NCBI GenBank assembly: GCA_023920165.1
Contig: CP089274.1
Coordinates: forward strand, 1,612,001 to 1,676,000
From: Curvularia clavata
Taxonomy: Eukaryota
Length of the DNA: 64,000 bases
Direction: 5' to 3'
Made by a program: the position numbers and the translations under genes. Positions 1 to 12,333 of the stretch are shown here, in pieces. Under the pieces are notes generated by a model. That model had not been told where the DNA came from. It made no database searches and was given only the letters and a program-made list of their open reading frames with translations. Position 1 is the stretch's first letter. Each line of letters starts with the position of its first letter.

Positions 1-166
1 GTGACGAATATGATGTACCACAACGGAATCGGTGCAAAGACAGACGAGGTACTGAAACAGATCTTTTCTTTGAGGGATGACGTTATGGATTAGCTTGCAT
101 AGCATCGGAGTCTATGACTCTCGGAGCTAGCTCATTACTGTACTTCATCGATGCCATGCATCAAGT

Positions 167-1516
167 TCATGGCTTCATGAGCTTCTGTGCCTGTGTTAAC
201 TGTGCCTCCAAATCAATATCCCATATCCAGTTCATCCTCTGCCGAAAATTTTCCTCAATCTTATCGAGGTCGTCCCCAAATAGCTCAAAGTCGTACAGCT
301 GGCCTGCCTCATAGCTTGTAGTCACATTCTTCTGTGTCCTCTCCCGTCTCACTTGGTCAAAAGCGCTGAATGCTCGTTGTAGCTCTTCCGTGTTGTTCGC
401 GTCTTTGATGAGATTGGCCAGAATGTACGAATCTTCTATGCACATACCAGCGCCGGCGCCCTGGTGTGGGGTCGTCGCATGTGCAGCATCGCCTAGTAGA
501 CACACGCGGCCTTTGGTATAAGTGTCACATGGCGGGTGCATAAACAGGGCCCATATGTCCGGCTTTTGCATAGCACCAACGATCTTTTGCACATGGGGCC
601 CCCATTCGGCGAAGTCGGCCTGCATGTCTTCTTTAGACGTGGAAACGACCCACTTCTCGTCTTCCCATGTATCGCGTGACCTAAACGCAACGACTGTAAT
701 GACACTATCAGTAAGACATTGGGATATTGGAGCGGTGAGAATACCATTCATGACTTTTCCGTGAGAGATAGGGAATGTGAGGAGGTGACCATGATACCCT
801 AGGTACATCTGACTGTTCCTAGCCGCCTCATTGCCGAGCAACTCGACTGCTTCATCCATGGGTATCAGTCCTCGGTACGCATACTTCCCTGAAAAGACAG
901 CCTTTGATGCATGGTTGTCTCTCCCAACTAGCCATTTCCTCGTCATGGATTTAATTCCGTCACAGCCAACGACTGCAGTATGTTGTGCTGTAGAATCATC
1001 CGCAAATTTCAGCACAATGTCACCAGACCCGTCATCTGCTTCATCGATGTCTACGAGTCTCTTGTCAAACTTGGCGACATTATCCGGTATATCCTTTACC
1101 AGTTCGTCCAGAAAGTGGGCTCTGTACACACCGCCACGTCCTCCGCCTGAGGGTAGGGGTATATCGAACAGGGCATCACCCACCTTCTTGCCCTCCCTAA
1201 CGTAGCCATCTTTATTTGCCTTCCTAGCATCTCCTACCCGAATCGTGAACCAAGAATTCCTCTTTGAATCATCGGCATTCCCGGTCTTGCATTTTAGAAA
1301 CGCCTGGTAAATCTTGGGTGACATGAGCTCCATTGCGCGCCCTGCATTTGGCCCAAAGGCGACGCCAGCACCAATCTCGCCAAAATGCGGTGCTGCTTCA
1401 TAGACGGTGATGGGGATGTCGTACTGGAGGAGGGTTATGGCCAGGGCTAGACCTGATATGCCACCGCCAACTATGGCAAGGGAATAAGGTTTTGAAGAAG
1501 AGTTTGCAGACGTCAT
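167..1516 (-). CDS. FAD-dependent monooxygenase, salicylate hydroxylase-like (2 exons; in-frame intron 694-744)
   Basis: GxGxxG motif (IVGGGISGL), FGEIGAGV, VVGCDGIKS and LLGDAAHATTPHQGAGAGMCIED fingerprints; 51-nt GTATTC...CTGAT...TTACAG intron read through in the ORF track. Confidence 0.9.
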   Translation of the reverse strand: MTSANSSSKPYSLAIVGGGISGLALAITLLQYDIPITVYEAAPHFGEIGAGVAFGPNAGRAMELMSPKIYQAFLKCKTGNADDSKRNSWFTIRVGDARKANKDGYVREGKKVGDALFDIPLPSGGGRGGVYRAHFLDELVKDIPDNVAKFDKRLVDIDEADDGSGDIVLKFADDSTAQHTAVVGCDGIKSMTRKWLVGRDNHASKAVFSGKYAYRGLIPMDEAVELLGNEAARNSQMYLGYHGHLLTFPISHGKVMNGILTAPISQCLTDSVITVVAFRSRDTWEDEKWVVSTSKEDMQADFAEWGPHVQKIVGAMQKPDIWALFMHPPCDTYTKGRVCLLGDAAHATTPHQGAGAGMCIEDSYILANLIKDANNTEELQRAFSAFDQVRRERTQKNVTTSYEAGQLYDFELFGDDLDKIEENFRQRMNWIWDIDLEAQLTQAQKLMKP

Positions 1517-2275
1517 GGTGATGTGGAAAGTGGTCGGTCAAGATCAAGGTCAAGAGACTGTCGAGGCCAGTTTGAATGTCAAGTCAACCTACAAGCTGAA
1601 AATGAGCAATGATCGTTAATATGTAGCCCGACTGCGCTCACTTGGATTCTTAGCTTGCTTTTTCGGGCCTTTATTCTCGATGAGGCATGAGGCAAAGAAC
1701 GTCATTCGGCACAGGTGTGATGCAGTAGTCCTTGCAGTTATATGGAAATGCGCATGTCTTAAGGTGGGCCACGTCGGAAGAAGTTCGGTACGTGCGTATA
1801 CATTATCCGATGCCAAATGCCTTGAGAAGGCGGACTTCTCGCCACGGCATAGCTGCCCAGCGCGATGTGGGGTGCATCGATGAACGTGTGGGGTATATTG
1901 AGTTGAGATGTGACCATCACACCAATTCGGCTAGCGGATTAGCCAACCACATCCATAGCTATCTTACATCCAGACCGAGGCAGAAATAACGACAGGGCTG
2001 ATATCTTATCGATTCCGCACATTGGACTCGCACATTTCTCAGCGGTATCCGTTGTCATGTAGGTTTTATCTCCCGTGTCATGGTGGAGCTATTCTGCCAC
2101 TGTCCGCCATGTCGTCATTGCAGGGGAACTTCCGTCCGACGGCATTACTCCCAAAGACATGGTCCAGACATGTCCAATCGAGTATTCCGCGGTTTATCGC
2201 TAACGTTTTGATAGCTTTAATCCCCTGCAGATCACTTACTGGAAGCATAACGTGCGATAAATACAACCATCATTC

Positions 2276-3254
2276 ATGGCACCGTCGTATGCTGCACCAC
2301 AACCTCCCGGTGAGCAAGGCGAGGAGCCGGTCACAGTGCTGGTCACTGGTTTTGGTGTATGTGTCATTCTACTTGTACATGTTTCCAAACTTTCATATCT
2401 TCTTTTTATCCATTAGTCTCGTACGCTTCGTGACCCGATACACTTGGCTTCGGATTCTATATACTGCAAGTGAACTAACAATTACATAGCCATTCTTAAC
2501 AAAATTCCCCAAAAACTCATCATGGGAGATTGCTTCCACTCTACCTAGCGTCATCCCTGTCTCCCCGGAGAATAGAACGCCGATTCATATACACGTCCAC
2601 CATGAGCCCATTCGAGTAGCCTACAACGTAGTCCTGGACCTCGTCCCTAGATTGCTGCCACCTGGCAACCGCATGTACCCAGCTCCAGATATCATCTTGC
2701 ACATCGGTCTCGCGGCAGGCCGAAACTATTTCGCCATCGAGCAAGGCTCACACAGTCGTGGCTATGGAAACATCTTGGACGTCGACCGCCAACGCTTCGA
2801 AGACTCCGCCTCGGAAAAGCACTTTCCGTCTTCCAGGTTCCCAACCAAGTTATCAACTAGCTTCGACACCACGGATGTTCTCGAGTGCTGGAAAGCGAAC
2901 CTGAATTCGACAGCATCCGACCAAGACACTACCACAACAAACAAAAAGACATCCCCCGATGTACGAATTAGCACCGATCCCGGCAATTTCTTGTGTGGCT
3001 TCATTTACTACAACAGCCTTGCACACTACTTCAGCATCAAAGAAGACGAACGACCAGTCATTTTTCTCCACGTACCCGATCTAACTAGTAGTGAAGAGAA
3101 GATGAAAGAGGGGTGGAACGTCACAGTTGCCCTGATCAAAGCGCTTGTGGAGAGTAGGCGGAAAGCCGGCGGGATGGTTTTAGATGCGAAGAAATACGAT
3201 GGGAAAGTACAAAATGGAATGGATGGGGCACAAACAGACAACAATTTTGCATAA
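2276..3254 (+). CDS. Pyroglutamyl-peptidase I (peptidase C15); intron 2357-2489
   Basis: Spliced N-terminus VTVLVTGFG|PF..NSSW; ILHIGLA, AIEQG (catalytic E), DPGNFLCGFIYY (C), FLHVP (H). Confidence 0.9.
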
Positions 3255-3783
3255 GCTTAGAGTGGAGTTCTCGCGTTGTAACTGGTGTATTCGCAGAAGG
3301 AAACTTGTCAGGTATTGTATGGCGCATGAAAAAGTACATACAGCATTCAACAAGTTTCAGTGATACATGATAGGCGTATATAAGACTGGTAGAAACATGA
3401 AGTCAATAGTCATCCGAGGCCTGCTATGATTGTACAATGACAGATCATGATATAAACCCGCGGTGGGTTCAGGGACTGGAGAGTTCAGAAAAGATCTGAG
3501 GCAGATGTCGGATATAACCTTTACAGAGGTAAAATAGCGTAAGGAAGGCTTTGTGTTTTGTTCCGGATGTGAAAATCACAACTGATAAGCCATTGGAAGC
3601 TCACTTTACAGAATAACATCAAATGACATGTCATTCCAGCAGCATCAAAACAGATCCAAGCCAAAGTTGTTGTTAATTGAAACATGACGTGTAGCCAGAC
3701 ACCATCTGCTCAGACGCTCCATGGAAAACTCTCTTCTAGACTGCTCTAATGAATAAAAGACAATCAAACTCAAAGGCAATTGC

Positions 3784-5133
3784 TCATGATCGCTTCCCCC
3801 AGAGACCCTGTTGTGTCTCTCTAATTCTTCGCTCTTGTTCCTGAATCATCTCTTCAGTTTGACCGTGGCCGTTTCCTCTGCTGTCGATTTCCATTGGATC
3901 GTCAGGCTCATCTGCCGGCTGGGGAATACGCGCGTGAGGGGCTCCTCGTCGAGGTTCAGCTGATCGCTGGCCGTCCATCATGCCTGCAGCGCCACCAGCC
4001 CGAAGCTGGTTGATAGCACGGATGGTGTCGATAGCGGCATGGAGCGTGCGCCGAGCATTAAAGTTCTTCTTGACGGTGGGCAGAAGATCCTCTTCACCAT
4101 CAGCGTTGTTCTTGCCGAGCTCGGTGATCCAAGGGTGAGATAGAGCCTCGTGGGCTGTCATGCGTGCTGCAGGGTCAACAGTCAGGCATCGACGAATGAA
4201 CTCGCGTGCCGTAAGGGAGACGCCTCTCCAGTATTCCAAAGGTGTAAAAGAGTAGTCAGCAACCAAGATGGCCTGCATCTCTTCAAGGTTGGAGTCGCGG
4301 TCGAAGGGGGTATAGCCGCAGAGTAGGAAATATGTGATGACACCGATAGCCCATATATCGCTATGGATTTGTCAGCGGTAAGCTCTTATGATTTGTTGGT
4401 TTTCTTACACTGGCTTGCCGTGGCCCGTCTTCCTAAATATCTCAGGTGCCATATATCCTGGCGTGCCACAGGTTGTCGTTAGAACATGGAATTGCTCCTC
4501 GTCCATGATGCGAGAAAGTCCAAAGTCAGCAATAAGCAGGTCAGCGTTGTCCTCTGGTGTCCGGAACAACAGATTCTCTGGCTTCAAATCTCGGTGCACG
4601 ATTCCGTGGTCGTGAAGATATGCGACGGCAGAAAGCGTAGCCCGGATTAAGTCGCCGGCGTCGGACTCGTAGTAGTTTCCTTTGCGACAGATTCGGTCAA
4701 AGAGCTCGCCTCCAAGCGCAAGATCGGTGACCAGATACACTATTTTCTGTGTGAGCCATGAGTCCAGCTCTGAGCAAGTCAATACATACGATTGTTCATC
4801 GTCTCGAAATAGTCGACCAGTGTCAGAATGTTCCTGTGGCCCATGGACACTCTTTTCAAAACTGCGATCTCGTTCCTGACCTAGGGCCCATGTCAGCAAA
4901 TGCATTCTATCACCACTCGATGCTTTACCAACCATGTGTTCTCGACCAGCCATAAGCCTCTTGTTTATAACCTTTGCGGCATAGTATCTCCCTGTATCGA
5001 TATGGACACACTCCTTGACTACCGAGTAGCTTCCTGCGCCCAAAGTCTTGCCCGTCTTGTATCTGCAAGGCTGAACCTGGGGTGTTTGTGGTGGCTGCGA
5101 TCCCGATCCGCCGTTCGAAGTCTTGGTTGCCAT
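3784..5133 (-). CDS. cmkB: Calcium/calmodulin-dependent protein kinase, CmkB type (4 exons)
   Basis: VQPCRYKTGKTLGAGSYSVVKEC, HRDLKPEN, DFG, TTCGTPGYMAPE; C-terminal NARRTLHAAIDTIRAIN autoregulatory/CaM segment; three GT-AG introns restore the frame. Confidence 0.93.
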
Positions 5134-5896
5134 GTTTGCGCTTCGCTCGGTGTCTGAAGGACGTGATGGTAAGATTTTCAGCAGAGTGGCGCAACGTGTA
5201 GTGTGGGAAGATGGGCCTTGTGAGGACGCAGTTGGGCGCTGAGATCTCGAGCTGGGTATCGACCACTGGCACGACGAAATTCGCGAGAGAAAGACGGGCG
5301 GGCAGGCGAAGTTTTGAGCAGCGTTTCTAGAAGTAAACTCCGCTGTTCAACAGTGGGGACAAGGGCTCGGTGTAGGGTCGATGTGTTTGATCTGGTTCCT
5401 ACACTATGCAGACAGCATGGATAGCCTCGTGATGTGCGCGGCAGGGCGTTTTCTTCGTAGCCAGCGTTGATTGAGAAAACCAAACTTGCAGAATGTGTTG
5501 TATGAAGAATAAAGTGCAGCACATGCAAAGCAGAGCGAGAGCTAGAAGAAGAAGACTGGTGTGATACGCAACGCCCTGTGAGCTGGAGGAGGGGTCCACA
5601 CGATGCCCCCGCTGGGAGATCACCCTTGTCGTTGCCAAGACAAGGCGAATGTTGATTGGTGACCAAGGCTACAAATCAGCCGCATGGCGGGAGTGCCTAT
5701 GCCCAGAGCGATCTATGTACCAAAAGATATCGTATGCAGGACTTCATAACAATCAAATGTCTATTGCTGTTGATCTAATGCCGTCTACCTCTTAGAACAA
5801 ACGTCTTCGCGTCAAATGCGTATGACAACGAAACAACAGGCGAAGTTGTCAGTACTGGGACCAAGAATAGGCAGAGAATCTGATCATCCTCCCACC

Positions 5897-7563
5897 TTAC
5901 GACTTGATGAGCAAGCTGTGGCAGTCCATATCTTCTGGCTGTTGGAGACCCATGACTGCAAGTACGGTAGGGGCGACGTCACCTAGCACGCCGTCTGTCT
6001 TCTTGAGGCTCCAGCCTTGAGGGGCGTTGGCCATGACGAAAGGCACCTTGTTAGTTGTGTGCGAAGTCTTGGGCGTGCCCTCTTCGGTAAGCATCTCCTC
6101 CGCGTTACTGAACAATTGTTAGCTCTCTCTTTTCCGCCAATAAAAGTATCAAACTTACCCGTGATCGGCAGTAACGAACAAGACATATCCACTCTCTTTG
6201 CACTGGTCGTACACCTTCTTGATGGCTTTGTCGGTCTCCGTGCACGCCTCAATAGCTGCCTTGTAGACTCCAGTGTGGCCAACCATGTCTGGTGGGGCAA
6301 AGTTGTTCATGAGGAACTCAAACTTGCCTGTTCGGATACGCTCGCAGAGCTTGTCGGCCACCGCCATAGCACTCATCTTGGGCTCTAGGTCGTACGTTGC
6401 TACCTTGGGCGATGGAACCATTTCGCGCTCTTCATTTTCAAACTGCTTTTCTACACCACCGTTGAAGAAGAAAGTAACGTGAGCGTACTTCTCCGTCTCT
6501 GCAACGTGACACTGCTTCACGCCCTGCTTGCCAAGTGTCTCAGCAAGAACATCCGTCATGCGCTGGGGCTCAAATGCAATGTTGAATGTGTATTTGGGGT
6601 TATACGAAGTCATCGTCGTGAGGTGGATGTTCTTGGGGTATGGGAAATCGGGCTTAGGCGAGCGATCGAAGTCACCCAGCAGTTGGGTAATCTCGCGTAC
6701 ACGGTCGGAACGATAGTTGAAGAAGAAGACGGTGTCGTCATCTGAATGGACGAATCAGCAGTTAGACATGTAGGTACTCCATCTAGCGACTCACCTTGTA
6801 TTCTTCGCTCTTTTCCTCCCACAATGATAGGCTTCAAAAACTCGTCGTTCTCGTCCTTTGCGTATCGCTCCTTGATGGTTGCAACTGGATCGCTGCTCTC
6901 CTCGCCCTCTCCTGTAACCAGTCCCTTCATGCCCAATTCTACACGGTCCCATCGCTTGTCACGGTCCATGATGTAGTAACGGCCGACCACTGTCGCGATC
7001 TCACCGAGACCAATCTCCTTGGTTGCCTTGAGTAGAGTCTCCATGTATCCAACGGCCGACTTGGGGTCTGTGTCTCGGCCATCTCCAAAAAAGTGAATGT
7101 AGGCCTTTGGAACGCCCTGCTCCTTCGCAACCTTAAGCAGTGCGATCAGGTGATCCATGTGGGAGTGCACACCTCCATCCGAGACAAGACCGCAGAAGTG
7201 CAGCCTGCCGTTTCCATCAATGGCGCGCTGAAATGACTTTTTGATGTTCTCGACATCCTTCAGCTTTCCGTTCTTAATCGTTTGGCCAATCCGGACCGAG
7301 TCTTGCCATACAACGCGTCCTGCACCGATGTTTAAATGGCCGACTTCGCTGTTGCCCATCAGGCCTTCGGGAAGACCGACAGCAAGGGACGAAGCCTCCA
7401 ATTCAGTGTATCCTTGCGCAGTCTTGGAACCTTCCCGCGCAAACTCGTCCATGGTAGGCGTATCGGCCGCAAGAATGGCGTCGCCATCTTTGCGCGACTT
7501 CTCAGTCGCAATACCCCAACCGTCAATGACGATGAGAACGGCTTTCTGATCGACTTTGGCCAT
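5897..7563 (-). CDS. gpmI: 2,3-bisphosphoglycerate-independent phosphoglycerate mutase (3 exons)
   Basis: LIVIDGWG, GLMGNSEVGHLNIGAGR, SDGGVHSH, DGRDT, AETEKYAHVTFFFNGG, PDMVGHTG, TADHG|NAE. Confidence 0.96.
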
Positions 7564-8200
7564 GATTGCAGATCAATCACGCAAAGCAATAGAGGCGAGA
7601 ATAAATGAGGATATGATTAATCAAAGGAACCAAAGAACTCGAGGAGTGGACGATGAATTTGGTTATCGGCGGAGGGGCAGGGCTGGTGGGGCCAGGTCGG
7701 ACTGCGAAAATGCATGGCCGACCACCGTCACCCCATCTCCGACCTCCGCCTTGGCGCACGCTTCTCTGCCCACTCGCAGTTACACTAACGTTTCATTCTC
7801 TCAAATGCCAACAATACTGCCCTGTCTCTCTTCATGTAGCCTTGTTTGCAACACTCAATTTATGCCAAGGCTTTCAACACCTCTTCGCTAATACTGCTTC
7901 TACACATGGCATGACTTCAAAGCACACACCGTAGGCAAAAGTGTTAGATATAGACATCGATGTCTCTTCATCGTGTTCTTGCATCTGGTAATCTTAATAC
8001 ATAGACTGCTGTGTGTTTCTTTTCTCGTGCAACTCCTGTTTCCAATTTCAGTTCCCAGCCCGTTTGAGTATGATAGTAGATCAGGTTTAGTATTGTGCTC
8101 GAAATGATGAGGGTTCAAGATAGACATAATTCGAGGTACCAAGGTAGCCATTCATTACTTGTAGCAAACAATGCATGAGTCTAGCTTTCCGGTCGCTCGG

Positions 8201-8525
8201 CTATTCATTGATTGGCTGTACATAGTGTTCGTGAGGAGGACTAGGAAAAAAACAGCCATCGCAGTCTACACGAGAGTATTGCTCCCAAATGCCTCCTTGC
8301 ACGTATCCGAGATCTGGAAATACAACTTTCCATCTTTGTTGTATGCACACATATGTCCACTGAGCTTGCCATAGGTAATCAATGTCATCAAAGAACTTCT
8401 GACATTGCGACCGCAATCCGAACAACGAGCAGCTATAGGGGCAACATAGGCATGAGATGGAGAACGTTCTGCGGGATTTTGTTAACTATTTTACCATGCA
8501 ATTATAGGTGATGATGAAAACAGAC
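8201..8525 (-). pseudogene. Decayed third module (intron 8525-8469 plus pseudo-exon) of the effector-like gene
   Basis: Intron ends match intron 2 (GTCTGT...TTAAC...TCCCGCAG); exon begins ...IAARCSDCG; several Cys positions now Tyr; apparent frameshift near FG/EQYSRVDC. Confidence 0.6.
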
Positions 8526-8529
8526 CTCT

Positions 8530-9340
8530 CTAAAGTTCATTCAGGTTGAGCCCGTCTTGATCATTGAGTTTTGGATTAGTGCAATTCTTATAATCAGATG
8601 TGCAGCCGATTCTGCCGCACTCTCTCCCAAATTCTGCGTTGGTCAACCTGGAATTCATGCAGCTCACACCTGAATTAGATCCACAAGGCTGAACCAAACC
8701 ACCGGATTGATAACAGATCACAGTTGTTCGTTGGTCATTGGTGGCTTGGTTACCGCAATCGAAACAATAACGGCGCACATTCTGGCTATTGGTATTGGAT
8801 ACGACTTTCTCTGCGGGATCACGTTAATTGTATGCTAATAAGATTAGGTTAGGTGTGGACAGACCTTCTTGATCATGGGGTTGGGAAGACGCAGAGCAAG
8901 TCTCGACTTGTGATATGCAGCCAACTATACCGCACTGTCTCGCAAATTCGGTTTTGGTAAATTTGGAATCCGTGCAACCCACGCCATCTCCCTTAGATCC
9001 ACATGGTTTGATCTTACCACCAGCTGTTTTACAGACAGCAGTTGTTCGTAGGTCGTTGGTGGCTTGGTTGCCGCAGTAGTAACAACGGAAAGCCGAACTA
9101 GTGTCAGATACAGGTGCTTCTGCAGGACGAAAGTTAGATACATTCAAAGAGGAATGAAAGCTCCAATGGTTGTAACGAAGGACGTTTCTCACCTCCATTC
9201 AAGTAGACGTTGATTTCGACGTGTGGAGAGTTGCCGTCATGTTCGTCAGACACGGCAGAAGTGTCTATGATCACCTGATTCTCTGGAGCTGGCGCTGCAA
9301 AGGCGATAGCAAAGATTGCAAGAAGAGCAATGTACTTCAT
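8530..9340 (-). CDS. Secreted cysteine-rich effector-like protein, ~227 aa, two tandem 8-Cys modules; exons 9340-9193, 9119-8865, 8810-8530
   Basis: Signal peptide MKYIALLAIFAIAFAAPA; phase-1 introns GTGAGA..CTAAC..CAG and GTCTGT..TTAAC..CCCGCAG join in frame; modules share CxxCGNQATNDxRTTxxC...GG...PCGS...C...EFxRxCGxxGC...C. Confidence 0.8.
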
Positions 9341-10592
9341 GGTTGGATACAAAGAAGTGACTCAAAGTCTTCGGAAAGGTTCTTGATAAGGATATGAAGA
9401 GAGTCCCTGGAGTCTGTCGTGATGCCTCAGAGGTGCCATCTGGACTGTTATTTATGCCTTTTCGGGCCTCATACGTCTTCTCACATATCTGCACTACAAT
9501 GGAAGCTAACTAGAATTGTAAATAGCAGACAAACATACTTTTCCAAGACGTTCATGTCGATCAAAAAGCATTTATAAGCACTAATGCTAGTAACATAGCT
9601 TACAGTGGGAGCTCATGCAGCTCTGATAGAAAAATTGATCGTTCGCCGTTTCTTTTTGAGCAGCTTATCCCTTCAAGAAGGCTGTTCTTCGTCGTAACCT
9701 TCAGTACATCCATGTCACGGCCATTGCCACTCTACAGAGTCTAGATACCTCCGATGAACTTTGGAATTATGTCTATGAACTACAGCCTAGCAATGCTTGC
9801 TTTCGCTACTGGGATTTCATTGGGATCCCGATGTGGCGTTTGTTGCGTAAGCCTTTGCAGCAGTGCACCACCTGGTGTATGCCACATTATCGTGCAGATG
9901 CGACAACTAGAGTATCATCAACATAAGCTCTTTCAATGGCTGCATAAGATGCCTTTTGGTTATATGCTTTTTTTCGACTTGACCTTGGAAAGACCTGTAT
10001 TCTCTGACGTTTTCGGCAGGCATATGCTACTGTAGTCTAGTTGCAGACATGCATCCGTACATTGGATCTCCAGCATAGTTTGCTATGAAGTGGTGTACCC
10101 GTTTCCGGCAGCCAACGACCTGATCCAGCGGAGCACTTGGTACGGTGTGAGATTGGACCGCGATTTCACGCGTAGTACCGACATCATGGGTCTCTTTGAG
10201 AGTATCCATTTCGGATTCGCTAACTAGAAGGCGTAGGTGGAGTAAACTGCACCTGGGACTGGCATAGTGTTTGACAAGTCTTTAGTCACAGTTGCACAAC
10301 TGGACGTTTACTTTGTTAGCGTTCTTGCTAAGCATCGAAGTCATGCCTAGCGCTTGATCTTCCCTTACGATTACTGGAAGCGGCTGGCAAGCACTCTACG
10401 TAGCTTGTAATTGGACCAAATTGATAGCTGCATATTGGCACCAGGTGCGCGCTATGCCTCTTTCACTCAGCGCTGAGCTGAGCTGGAGCTGCCTATCAGC
10501 CTAACCGAACTGACTGATTCACATCTATCTGAGATTCCTCTAGCCTCATGACCAAACTTGGCATACTTTCCCTAACGTTAAAGGCTGCGAAA

Positions 10593-10610
10593 CCCCCCCC
10601 CCCCCCCCCC
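10593..10610. repeat. Poly-C tract (18 nt)
   Basis: Direct reading. Confidence 0.95.
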
Positions 10611-11140
10611 ACAAGCGGTAACGGAACTGAAACTGAAACGGGCAACCAAACATATCCTAATGGTTCATCCGCATTTCTATCCGATGGCCAAACAAACGGT
10701 ACCAAAGACTCGACCAGCTAGTTTCAGCCCAGCTGAGTGGTTATTTCTTGAGTACGAAGATAATTCAACCACTTTGTAGTCATTTGTTGGAATAACGCGA
10801 TGTTGAACGTTGTGAACTGGTCTAGACTTTAGGAATAAGAAACAGTCGACAATAGCGAATAGCCATTCCGGATACCAGTTCCTCACTGAAAGAAAAACAA
10901 AAACATCTTTTCTACCCCGCTGTGCTTGTAGAGTGGTAGATGGCTTACTTTTTTTCTCGTGGCGGAGCTGATGGTACGAATCTGCGAGTGTGGTAGTACA
11001 AAGGATACCTCAGCTGAGTATGGGGAAATTGGCCAATCAGTGGCCTCCGTTTCCACATCACCCAACTGTCTACGAGGGCGCGTCATCCCCCGCGTCGAAA
11101 GTCAACACCACTCCACCCGGCTACCTGGAAATTTACACAT

Positions 11141-11605
11141 ATGTCTGCAGCAGCGACGCCATACGCCGCCACCTCTGCGCGAGCCTCCGTTCCGCCTGCG
11201 GGTTCAACCACACCGGCTCACCCGCCCCCGCCTTCCGCAACTGCACCAGCACCCCCTGCGCCCTCTGCATTCGACGTTCTGCCCGACCTCCACAAGCTGC
11301 TCAAGCGAATCCTCGAGACTTCTGCCCAACCGCCTGCCGCAACCCCTACCCCAGCGCAGCCTTCTGCAGACGGCCCTCTGGAAATCCAGCATGTCGCGAC
11401 GGCCGCGAACGACATACGCCTAAAGATCCAAAAGGCACGACGTGCCGTCATGTTGCTACCGGATATTGACCGTTCGCTGGAAGACCAGGAGGACGAGATT
11501 GAAGACCTGGAAGCGCGTATTGCTCAACTCAAGGCTTCGCTGAAGGAACTCGGCCAGCCCACTCCAGCTGAGGACCGAGGCGGTGACCAGGGTATGACGG
11601 GTTGA
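11141..11605 (+). CDS. MED9: Mediator subunit Med9
   Basis: FDVLPDLHKLL...AANDIRLKIQKARRAVMLLPDIDRSLEDQEDEIEDLEARI coiled-coil pattern of fungal Med9/Cse2. Confidence 0.8.
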   Translation: MSAAATPYAATSARASVPPAGSTTPAHPPPPSATAPAPPAPSAFDVLPDLHKLLKRILETSAQPPAATPTPAQPSADGPLEIQHVATAANDIRLKIQKARRAVMLLPDIDRSLEDQEDEIEDLEARIAQLKASLKELGQPTPAEDRGGDQGMTG

Positions 11606-12333
11606 GAGATGGCCGCCAGGACTACGATTCATCCTTTGCAGGGCCTTTGTCGATTGATTGCATGGACGCGCTCGACTTTGCGCTTGCTCGAGGATCTTGA
11701 AGGTAGGTGGACGTGAGCATAGTTGCGAAAAGCTTGTGGAGCCCAGTCAGGACTGACATATCAACCAGCTATGGCATGTCCTTTGTCATACTAGACATCT
11801 CTCGAACAAGACTGTGGTGTGCGCACCCAGTCAGCAGTCAACAGGTTCTCATGTCTCACATAACTGCGGTAGCGCACTGAGCGCATCGGAGATTCACACC
11901 CTATCTGTCGGCTCGTGTGAGAAGCGAGCAGGCTTAGTTAGACTTTGCCGAGTATCAAGTAGCTTGCTTCTCTCGAATCAGACCAGCTCGTCAAAGGGCA
12001 GCTAGGCCAACCGATCACATAGAGGAAGCCAGGTTCAGAAGTGGCACGGTGGTGTACGATGAAGGGATAGGAGTAATTGAGTTGTCGTCAGTTGGTTCTT
12101 ATATAAAGACCCCCAAAGATATGCACTGCCCATATTCCAATTACCTCATCAACTTGCTCTTGCGCCATTTGAAGTACCAGTTTCTTCACGTATTCGAGTT
12201 GAACAAATAATGTTGGACTGAGAATCGTTGTTCCGTATGGGTATGTTAATGACTACTAATTTGAAGAATTTTACCCCAAAATCTCCCAGAGAAACCAGCT
12301 GCACCCCATGAACACCTTGCTCACACCAACAGC

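Noticed and set aside
167..3254. Secondary-metabolite cluster around the FAD monooxygenase
   Set aside because: No PKS, NRPS, terpene synthase or transporter in the window; neighbours are housekeeping genes, although the region left of the window is unseen
5850..5900. Cryptic peroxisomal PTS1 via stop-codon readthrough in iPGM or other enzymes
   Set aside because: Stop contexts are not TGA-CTA-like and the extensions checked do not end in SKL-like tripeptides
9754..10035. Cys-containing 93-aa ORF as a second effector
   Set aside because: Weak signal peptide, no coherent splice model or Cys pattern
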